From: Brevinema andersonii | GTDB lineage: Bacteria > Spirochaetota > DYKD01 | Length of the DNA: 64,000 bases | Reading direction: 5' to 3' | Assembly (NCBI GenBank): GCA_020722765.1 | Contig: DYKD01000008.1 | Span: 1,304 to 65,303 of the forward strand | Shown here: piece after piece, positions 57,005 through 64,000 of the stretch | Layout of the letters: every line of letters begins with the position of its first letter | How positions within the stretch are numbered: position 1 is the stretch's first letter | Translations under genes and position numbers: made by a program | Notes under the pieces: model-generated | The model's input: only the letters and a program-made list of their open reading frames with translations | What the model was told of the DNA's origin: nothing | Database searches by the model: none

Positions 57005-58648
57005 TCAATGATCGCAAGCGTTCACGCCTGCCTTCAACTCACCTTTCAAGAAAGCATTAGCGAGATTTTCAGGAGTATCTGGTGAACAACCGACAAGAAC
57101 CTCAATATTCTTTTCCTTGAAAAGTGATTGAGCCATCTCCCCCATACCACCGGCAATAATCATGTTTACACCTTTATCTCCCAGCCATTTAGGCAAAAGC
57201 CCTGGTTGATGGGGAGGTGCATCCAAATTTGTCCTTGAAATGACTATTTTCTTTTCCATATCCACTTCCATTACAGCAAAGGCGTTGCAATGTCCGAAGT
57301 GAGGGTTCAGCTTGTTGTTGTTAACTGGAATAGCAATCTTCATCGTATTCTCCTTTTGGTTTTTAGCTACAAAAAAATTCTTGATCTTGGATACAAGATT
57401 CGAATTTACCTCTTTCGATTCATCTTTTTTAAGACCAAGTGAGTTTCGAACTTTTTCTACTATTTCTGAAAGTACTGTTTCTTCCTTCTCAATGAAAGTT
57501 GTTCTCCCTTCATCAGAATCAAGCCTAATATCAGGCTCAATAGGAATGGATCCGAGAAGGGGAAGGTCAAACTGTTTGGCAAGAGTCTCTCCTCCGCCTG
57601 AACTGAAAATGTCTGTTTTTGTCCCACAATGAGGACAAACAAAACCGCTCATGTTTTCCACAATACCAATCACATCCAAAGAAAGCTGTTTGCAGAAGTT
57701 AAGTGACTTTCGAACATCTGCAGCTGAAGCTTCCTGTGGTGTTGTAACAACAAGCGCTTTTGTATCTTTTCCTAAAGTTTGCACCACTGAGAGGGGTTCA
57801 TCTCCTGTTCCTGGAGGTGAATCTACAACAAGCATATCCAGATCTCCCCAGCCGACATCCCGAATGAGTTGTTTTATGACTCCGATTTTCATTGGACCTC
57901 GCCAGATGACGGCATCATCAGGATGACGGAGCATAAATCCCATGGAAATCACCTTGAGATTATTAAGCCGTTTTATTGTAACAGGAACAATAGCTGTCCC
58001 ATCAGAGGTTAGTCCTTGTTCCTTTATTCCCAACATTAAAGGCACGCTGGGACCGTGAAAATCCACATCAAGCAGACCTACACGCAAGCCTGAAAGAGCC
58101 AAGCCTGCTGCCAGATGAACAGCCACAGTACTTTTTCCGACTCCTCCTTTTCCAGAAAGGACAACAACCTTGTTTTTTATGGTTGAAAGCCTGCCAGCAA
58201 TCTGGGCATCCTCTTCTGCCTGGCTTGGCTGAGTCTCCTTCGGTATTGAACAGGAAGAAACCGGCTTTTTTTCATTTTTCTCCTTGTAAGAAGCAACGAC
58301 TTTTTTCAAGGTATCTACAGAAAGAAGGGCGCAATGAAAAGATTCCGTTGGAATATCACCGGCTACAGCTAACACTTCCTCAGGGATCATCTTATCAAAA
58401 TAGGAAAGTCCCTTTCCACAAACGAGATTTGCAGCTGCTGTCCCACATGCTATGGAATCCGCACATCCATCTGTTGTAAATGAGGCTTCCGTAACCATTC
58501 CATCCTGAATGCGAAGCCAGAATTCCATCGTATCACCGCAAGATCCCGTAAGTCTCCCATTTGCATCAGCCTGTTTGAGCGGACCAAAATTGTGCGGGAG
58601 TGTTCTCTTTACTTGTTCATAGTCATGTTGGTACATAATTTTTTCCAT
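57005..58648 (-). CDS. IscU/NifU-N + Mrp/NBP35 ATPase + NifB/NifX fusion (MrpORP-like)
   Basis: SCGD, DGC and HCA Cys triad; GKGGVGKST, DSPPGTGD, CPHC; MKIAIP...HFGHC...PPHQPG. Confidence 0.88.
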   Translation of the reverse strand: MEKIMYQHDYEQVKRTLPHNFGPLKQADANGRLTGSCGDTMEFWLRIQDGMVTEASFTTDGCADSIACGTAAANLVCGKGLSYFDKMIPEEVLAVAGDIPTESFHCALLSVDTLKKVVASYKEKNEKKPVSSCSIPKETQPSQAEEDAQIAGRLSTIKNKVVVLSGKGGVGKSTVAVHLAAGLALSGLRVGLLDVDFHGPSVPLMLGIKEQGLTSDGTAIVPVTIKRLNNLKVISMGFMLRHPDDAVIWRGPMKIGVIKQLIRDVGWGDLDMLVVDSPPGTGDEPLSVVQTLGKDTKALVVTTPQEASAADVRKSLNFCKQLSLDVIGIVENMSGFVCPHCGTKTDIFSSGGGETLAKQFDLPLLGSIPIEPDIRLDSDEGRTTFIEKEETVLSEIVEKVRNSLGLKKDESKEVNSNLVSKIKNFFVAKNQKENTMKIAIPVNNNKLNPHFGHCNAFAVMEVDMEKKIVISRTNLDAPPHQPGLLPKWLGDKGVNMIIAGGMGEMAQSLFKEKNIEVLVGCSPDTPENLANAFLKGELKAGVNACDH

Positions 58649-59502
58649 ACTCCTTGTATTTCAGATTTTAATTTTTGATTTTCAGTTTCAATGATACTTT
58701 TTCCCTGCAGTTGTGCCTGTGTGAATGTCTTGTCGTAAGAGATGCGTCCTAGGATAATTCCTCCTGCTTTCAAACTTTCTTCCTCGATAGTATTAGTCAT
58801 TTCCGGATTTACGTCCCACTTGTTAATACAGACAAAAAGTTTTATTTTAAAATGCTTTGCCAGGTCTGCAACACGTTTCAAGTCATGTCTTCCTGAAACT
58901 GTCGGTTCAGTCACGGCCACAACAGCATCAGCACCTGTCACAGAAGCAATAACCGGGCAACCAATTCCTGGAGGACCATCTACAAAAAGAAAATCATAAT
59001 TTCCTTTCTCCGCAATATTTCGCGCCTCTTTCCGTACAAGTGAAACAAGCTTCCCGGAATTCTCTGATGCGGTCCCCAGTTTGGCATGAACCAAGGGTCC
59101 CACCCGAGTCATCGATTTCATCCAGACGCCACAATTCCGATCAGGGAAATCGATGGCTTTCACAGGACAGAACTGGACACAGACACCGCAGCCTTCACAA
59201 GCATTTGAATCAATATCAAAACGGATATCCCCTGATGACGTTTCCGTTTTCTTGACAGCATCAAACTTGCAAACTTCAAGACATCTTCCACAGCCAATAC
59301 AGGTCTTATTGCGGATGATGGCTTCATGACCGGATATGAAATCGTGCTGTTCCTGGATTTTTGGTTGCAAGAGAAGATGCATATCAGCAGCATCCACATC
59401 ACAATCCGCAATGACAGGATGATCCGCCAAAAAAGAGAATGCCGCAGTAATACTTGTTTTCCCCGTTCCACCTTTTCCGCTTATGATCACAATCTCTTTC
59501 AT
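58609..59502 (-). CDS. MinD/ParA-like P-loop ATPase with a 2x[4Fe-4S] insert
   Basis: SGKGGTGKT, DCDVDA, CIGCGRC..VC, CEGCGVC..CP, ENSGKLV, DGPPGIGCP. Confidence 0.88.
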   Translation of the reverse strand: MKEIVIISGKGGTGKTSITAAFSFLADHPVIADCDVDAADMHLLLQPKIQEQHDFISGHEAIIRNKTCIGCGRCLEVCKFDAVKKTETSSGDIRFDIDSNACEGCGVCVQFCPVKAIDFPDRNCGVWMKSMTRVGPLVHAKLGTASENSGKLVSLVRKEARNIAEKGNYDFLFVDGPPGIGCPVIASVTGADAVVAVTEPTVSGRHDLKRVADLAKHFKIKLFVCINKWDVNPEMTNTIEEESLKAGGIILGRISYDKTFTQAQLQGKSIIETENQKLKSEIQGVWKKLCTNMTMNK

Positions 59503-60356
59503 GACAGTCCTCCTTTCTTCTCTTTTACAGAAGCATCAATCTTTTGCCTAAGAGAGAGAAAAAGATTCCTATATTCAGGGAGGGCATCAATCATCCTGAT
59601 TCCTTTCGAATAAGCCTCCATGATACGTCTGTCATCCGGAATTTCCAGTAAAAGAGGGATTTTTTTAGTCTTGCAATATTCATGAACCCTGTTATCACCT
59701 GATCCATTTCGGTTGACAACAACACCAAAAGGAAGTTTTAATTCCTGGATCATATCCACTGCCAAAGAGAGATCATGAAGTCCGAAAGGTGTAGGCTCAG
59801 TCACAAGTACAACAAAATCCGTATCACGGACAGAGGTAACAACAGGACAGGATGTACCTGGGGGAGAATCTATGATGACAAGGGGGGCTGATTCACTCAT
59901 CTTCTTGAGGGCGCGGATGACAGGGGGCGATGTGGATACACCTACATCCAGCTTTCCCTGAAGCAGTGTCATTTTATCCTTCCTGAAGGTTGTAATTTTT
60001 CCAATTGTTCTTTCGACTTCGGTTATGGCTCCACGTGGACAAACGAGCTTACAACCACCACAACTATGACAGAGTTCTGGGAAGATGAGAGGCTTTGTCC
60101 CAAAAGCTACGATAGCCTTATACTGGCAAAATCTAGCACACAATCCACAAGCATCACATTTGGATTCATCAACAATCGGAACCAACACATTTACCGGCTT
60201 CTCGCTTATTTGTTCTGCTGAAAGAAAAAGGGCAGCATTGGGTTCTTCCACGTCACAATCCAATAGAGTGACAGGTTCTTCGTAAATGCCAGCCAAGTTG
60301 ACGGAAAGCGTGGTTTTGCCTGTTCCACCTTTTCCAGAAGCAATAGATATTTTCAA
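59499..60356 (-). CDS. MinD/ParA-like P-loop ATPase with a 2x[4Fe-4S] insert (partner paralogue)
   Basis: SGKGGTGKT, DCDVEEPN, CDACGLC..FC, CHSCGGC..CP, DSPPGTSCP, TEPTPFGLHD. Confidence 0.88.
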   Translation of the reverse strand: MKISIASGKGGTGKTTLSVNLAGIYEEPVTLLDCDVEEPNAALFLSAEQISEKPVNVLVPIVDESKCDACGLCARFCQYKAIVAFGTKPLIFPELCHSCGGCKLVCPRGAITEVERTIGKITTFRKDKMTLLQGKLDVGVSTSPPVIRALKKMSESAPLVIIDSPPGTSCPVVTSVRDTDFVVLVTEPTPFGLHDLSLAVDMIQELKLPFGVVVNRNGSGDNRVHEYCKTKKIPLLLEIPDDRRIMEAYSKGIRMIDALPEYRNLFLSLRQKIDASVKEKKGGLS

Positions 60357-60812
60357 TTCATAACTCCTTCATCCTTGTTTCTAAGTAAGGATTTTGTCGT
60401 ACTGTGAAGGACATTGGTACCCAAAGGAACATTCAACATTTCTGAAACAATATCACTTTTGGCTTGAAGAAGGAAAAAAGTTTTCTGATGTGTATCATGC
60501 AAAGATTCATAATTACCCTGTCCTTTAGAGATGATCATGAATCTCTTTACGTAACCAAGGGACCATCTCCTCAACGATCTTTGAAATCTTTCGCTTTGCT
60601 TCCTGATAAGGATCCTGCTGTGAGAAATATTTCCTGATTATGCGTTGAATATGCTGCACCTGATATGGAGGAGACCGGGAATAATCCATACTTGTAATCC
60701 ATGTTAACACGTCACGCATCACATTCTCCATTACCTGAGGATCATCTGTCAAAGCCTTGATAGATTTTAAAGCCTGCTTAACAAAACAAGAAACACATTC
60801 AGTCGTCTCCAT
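60353..60812 (-). pseudogene. DUF89/ARMT1-like damage-control phosphatase, internally deleted and frameshifted
   Basis: N-terminal ECVSCFVKQA...PP...DPY..AK stops at 60525; C-terminal IISKGQGNYESL...FFLL.AK lies in another frame; central catalytic region absent. Confidence 0.75.
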
Positions 60813-60816
60813 TTTA

Positions 60817-61179
60817 TCAGATCCAGTGCGATGCCACATTGGCATCTTCCAGAGGTTTGAGCAATCCAGCCTGGAGCTGCTGTAGTGCTTCGGATATTGT
60901 CTTGGCTGTTGTGTTATAAACTTTGATACCAGCCATGGAAAGGACCTTGAAGGCCTTAGGGCCACAATTCCCTGTAACTAGGGATTCAGCACCAGAACGG
61001 GCAACCGCTTCTGCAGACTGGATTCCTGCACCTTGAGCCAGATCCATATTTTGATTGTTGTCAAACACAGTAAAGGATTTCTGTTCTGTATCATAGATGA
61101 GAAATTTCGGAGCACGACCAAATCGTTGGTCTAATGCAGATTCGAGATTTTCACCTGATGTAGTAAAAGCAATTTTCAT
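60817..61179 (-). CDS. NifB/NifX (MTH1175) family protein, Orange protein-like
   Basis: MKIAFT..G..L...D.RFGRA, QGAGIQSA, TGNCGPKAF, C-terminal HW. Confidence 0.85.
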   Translation of the reverse strand: MKIAFTTSGENLESALDQRFGRAPKFLIYDTEQKSFTVFDNNQNMDLAQGAGIQSAEAVARSGAESLVTGNCGPKAFKVLSMAGIKVYNTTAKTISEALQQLQAGLLKPLEDANVASHWI

Positions 61180-61426
61180 AAGTATCTCCTTCTCCTATTT
61201 TTTCTGGTTTACAAAGCCAAAAGATCAGGGATTTTAAAATTAAAAAACATAGTCTGAGTCGAGTATGATTTCATACGTATCTTTAAGGGTAAAGAGGGGA
61301 CATGTCTCGATCCCCTCAAAGTCCCTTGTTTTTAAGCAAGATCTACACAATTGAACTTTTATCCTTGATTTTGATTAAGTTCAATGCGCTTTCCTGCCCA
61401 AAAAATGCTGACAAGTCATAGCCTCA

Positions 61427-61780
61427 TTAAGCATCCTTGTCATCTTCCTTATCCAATTCAGAAATCCTAGAATTCAACCCTTGGATTTCTTCCTGGAGAG
61501 AAGAGACATAAGCTTTGAGATTATCTTTCACAGCTTTCTTGCTTTGTGTGGGATAAGCATACTGGTCAAACTGATAGCCTCGGCCCCAACCTGGGAGACC
61601 AGTTGCATAAAACTGGTTCCTGTAACCATGACCACCACCCATTCCAAAGCCTCTTCCAAATCCAGCTCTTCCACGGCCAACATTCATAAACCCTGGCATT
61701 CCATAACCATTACAAAAGCCAGCGCCTCTTCCTGTCCTTGACCCCATTCCCATGGGACCTGTACCATTTCCTCTAGCCAT
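61427..61780 (-). CDS. DUF5320 family Gly-rich protein
   Basis: MARGNGTGPMGMG.RTGRGAGFC, FYATGLPGW, C-terminal coiled coil. Confidence 0.85.
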   Translation of the reverse strand: MARGNGTGPMGMGSRTGRGAGFCNGYGMPGFMNVGRGRAGFGRGFGMGGGHGYRNQFYATGLPGWGRGYQFDQYAYPTQSKKAVKDNLKAYVSSLQEEIQGLNSRISELDKEDDKDA

Positions 61781-61807
61781 ATCGTGCCTCCTTAAAATAA
61801 TTTTTTT

Positions 61808-62191
61808 TCATTTTTTTTGTCTTCTAAATCCATGCCCACCTCTCCAGCCATGATGTCTTCTGCAACCTGGCATCAGGTATCGCGTATTGGAAAGCTTCCC
61901 TTGGAGCCAAGCTTGCAAGACCTCATCAATCTCTCCAGAAACAAAGGAAAGAACCTCTATTTCTTTTGATGCAAGAATCTGTCGTGCACCGCAGGAGATA
62001 GAACCGCAGATAAGCGTCTTTACCTTTTTCCTCTCTAGAAAATCCGCTTTTGCAAAACATGACTCTTTCGGCAAAAGAAAGTCATCCCGTTTTAATGAAC
62101 CATCCTCAGAGCGTGAAAAAAAGGCAACAGAGGAAGCGGCGTCAAAAACAGGCGAAACCCTTCTGTTCCATGATGTAATCGCTATATTCAT
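61808..62191 (-). CDS. NifB/NifX family protein
   Basis: IAI..W..RVSPVFD.A, LICGSIS, F.SG...EV, MPGC. Confidence 0.8.
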   Translation of the reverse strand: MNIAITSWNRRVSPVFDAASSVAFFSRSEDGSLKRDDFLLPKESCFAKADFLERKKVKTLICGSISCGARQILASKEIEVLSFVSGEIDEVLQAWLQGKLSNTRYLMPGCRRHHGWRGGHGFRRQKK

Positions 62192-62202
62192 AACAATGAT
62201 AT

Positions 62203-62218
62203 TGCAGAAAACGTGCCA
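62203..62218 (-). promoter_or_regulatory. Sigma54 -24/-12 promoter
   Basis: TGGCAC-GTTTT-CTGCA (GG-N10-GC). Confidence 0.7.
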
Positions 62219-62298
62219 TGGGGAAAAAAATAATCTTCAGGTTAATTCGCATAAAGAACCCATTTAGAGAAGCAAGAAAACAATCTTTATCTTAAAAC

Positions 62299-62335
62299 GT
62301 TGCAATAAAGCAACATTATGTAACAATATTGCAAC
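62299..62335. promoter_or_regulatory. Putative enhancer-binding-protein sites (UAS)
   Basis: GTTGCAATAAAGCAAC and GTAACAATATTGCAAC; outer GTTGCAATA/TATTGCAAC inverted repeat 80-120 bp upstream of the -24 element. Confidence 0.5.
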
Positions 62336-62343
62336 AAGACAGA

Positions 62344-62829
62344 TCAGATCTTATACTTCAAACTTCCTGTAGGACATTTCTCCACGCATTCCAGGCATTT
62401 GGAACAGTTGAACGAAGAAGCCGCATTTTTTTTACCTTTCTGATAAACACTATATTCAGGATTCAAAGCGGCTAGATAACAATTCTTATCACATATACCG
62501 CAAGAAATACAAATTGATTCATCCTTCCTGATTTTTACAGGTGAGAGCCTATTAAAAAAGCCACCAACCCATGCAACAGGACATCCCAGCTTATGATAAT
62601 TATAAATCTGGATATTTTTTGCGTCCTTATCAGCACTCAACAGGATTTCCACAAAAAGACCAATAGGACATATCCATCTACAGAACACTTTTCCGAATAT
62701 GACTCCTATAATGGTCCCGGCCATCAGAAGGTAAATGAGGATATCCTTGAAAAGATACATTAGAACCATGATGCTGAGCGCAAAAACGATTTGAATCAGA
62801 CGTCTATGTCTGATGATTTTTTTTATCAT
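62344..62829 (-). CDS. Membrane-anchored 4Fe-4S protein (NapH/YccM-like, short)
   Basis: Two TM segments, FCRWICP, GCP, CISCGICDKNC, CSKCLECVEKCP. Confidence 0.8.
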   Translation of the reverse strand: MIKKIIRHRRLIQIVFALSIMVLMYLFKDILIYLLMAGTIIGVIFGKVFCRWICPIGLFVEILLSADKDAKNIQIYNYHKLGCPVAWVGGFFNRLSPVKIRKDESICISCGICDKNCYLAALNPEYSVYQKGKKNAASSFNCSKCLECVEKCPTGSLKYKI

Positions 62830-62924
62830 AAAATCTCCTATCTGTTCGAATTCGTCATATTTTTCATTGACAATCTGAAATATAAGACCTATATTATCCT
62901 TCACTCATTTCCAAGGAGTCTTCC

Positions 62925-63836
62925 ATGGACTGTACCCAATGCCTCTCAAAAGGATGCAGAAAAAACAATGCCTGTACATCCGACAAACATCTTTATATAG
63001 AGGAATATGCGAATCCTAAAAACCAATCCATTACCAAAGCCGCGTCAAAACTTGTGGATAATGGCAGAGCTGGCAAACTCAACAGATTGGAAGAGATCAT
63101 AGAGTATTGCCAAATTAGGGGACATAACTATCTTGGCGTGGCCTATTGTTACGGCATGGAAAAAGAGGCTACGACATTGCGGAAAACCCTCAAACAGGCA
63201 GGGTTTAAACTTGAAATGGTCTCTTGCACTGTTGATGGCCTATCTGAAACAGAACTCGACAAGATGAAAACAAAAAAGACTGTCTCATGCAACCCTTTAG
63301 GTCAGACCAACGTCCTCAACCGCAAAGGGGTTCAGTTCACCATCCTGATGGGATTATGTCTAGGACATGACGTCATACTCCAGAACAGTTTAAAAATGGA
63401 TCATACAGTCTTTGTTGTAAAAGACAGAGTTCTTAACAACAATCCTATACAAGCTCTGCCAGGATTCATCTCACAAGAAGACCAATTCCTCATGAATTTA
63501 CCAAAAGATTTTCACCTTATCGATTCAGAAGCCTTGAACCATGTCCTTTCTGAAAAAAGGGAATCCGCCACTATCATCGACCTCAGACCTGTGGAACAGT
63601 ATAATAAAAACCATATCAAAGGTGCAGTCAATAGCCCCTTGAACCTGCTTATCACTGATTATAGGAGCATCCTAAAACATCCTGATACTCTTACCATAGT
63701 GTACTGTAATGGAGGCATACAATCCATTTACACGGTGATGTTCCTTGCCATGAAAGGATATAAAAATGTAAAGAGTCTCCAAGGTGGATTTTCCAAATTC
63801 CTAGGAACTTATCCTCATAAGGTGACACCATCTTGA
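62925..63836 (+). CDS. DUF1847 metal-binding domain fused to rhodanese
   Basis: CxxC..C, RLEE, CNPLGQ, GLCLGHD, KDRV..NNP; then IIDLR...HIKGA...YCNGG.QS...L.GG. Confidence 0.8.
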   Translation: MDCTQCLSKGCRKNNACTSDKHLYIEEYANPKNQSITKAASKLVDNGRAGKLNRLEEIIEYCQIRGHNYLGVAYCYGMEKEATTLRKTLKQAGFKLEMVSCTVDGLSETELDKMKTKKTVSCNPLGQTNVLNRKGVQFTILMGLCLGHDVILQNSLKMDHTVFVVKDRVLNNNPIQALPGFISQEDQFLMNLPKDFHLIDSEALNHVLSEKRESATIIDLRPVEQYNKNHIKGAVNSPLNLLITDYRSILKHPDTLTIVYCNGGIQSIYTVMFLAMKGYKNVKSLQGGFSKFLGTYPHKVTPS

Positions 63837-64000
63837 AAACTCCTGAAAAAACTTCTCCTTATTCATTAAAAATTCTCAAACAGGAAGGGATTTGAATTCT
63901 ATCATTTATAGTGAAGCCTTTCTTATTTTATGCAAGAAGAATCTTTTTGATCGTATTTTCCAAACCACTTTTTGACATGGCTCCAACGGACATCTGGGGC

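Noticed and set aside
58262-58286. AAGGAG-ATG plus an A7 run at the IscU/Mrp junction as a slippage-dependent start
   Set aside because: It is out of frame and readily explained by Lys-Glu-Lys-Asn-Glu-Lys codons.
60525-60545. Programmed frameshift in the DUF89 gene
   Set aside because: There is no slippery site, and the joined product would still lack the catalytic core.
61285-61327. GAGGGGA/TCCCCTC hairpin in the ORP cluster spacer as a riboswitch
   Set aside because: It is a single stem with no aptamer consensus; more likely a stability or processing hairpin.
1-64000. CRISPR array, IS/transposase, prophage, rRNA or alternative genetic code
   Set aside because: No repeat-spacer pattern or hallmark genes were seen, and conserved genes read full length in code 11.

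Overview
A gene-dense chromosomal segment from an anaerobic or microaerophilic spirochaete. The taxonomy is inferred from two FlaB flagellins with the TASMWFHIG-x-NQDQR core and a long FliD. Housekeeping genes include clpB, hsp20, rseP, glnS, thrS-infC(ATT start)-rpmI-rplT, two tRNA-Val, nadB, aat, recJ, a DEAD-box helicase, a flaB-flaB-flaG-fliD locus, an ars module, crcB and fprA. Two accessory loci stand out. (1) 17.1-23.4 kb: a TPR/OmpA protein, a 1131-aa secreted Ig-repeat protein ending in a T9SS/FlgD-like C-terminal domain, and a translationally coupled PorV/UPF0164-like beta-barrel with a TPR tail. This may be a compact T9SS-like cargo/shuttle/anchor module in a spirochaete, and its cargo is strongly enriched in [S/T]-N dipeptides. 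(2) 52.5-62.3 kb: a sigma54-driven Orange-protein (ORP)-like Fe-S cluster with an IscU-Mrp-NifX triple fusion and an internally deleted DUF89 gene, followed by hydF-hydE. Non-coding highlights are a GC-rich rod-like RNA candidate (16.8 kb), nested REP-like palindromes (55 kb), a Gram-positive-type LexA box on a GIY-YIG promoter and a CsrA-type hairpin in the flaB leader. No CRISPR array, rRNA, transposase or prophage was seen. All calls come from reading motifs by eye; no searches were run.
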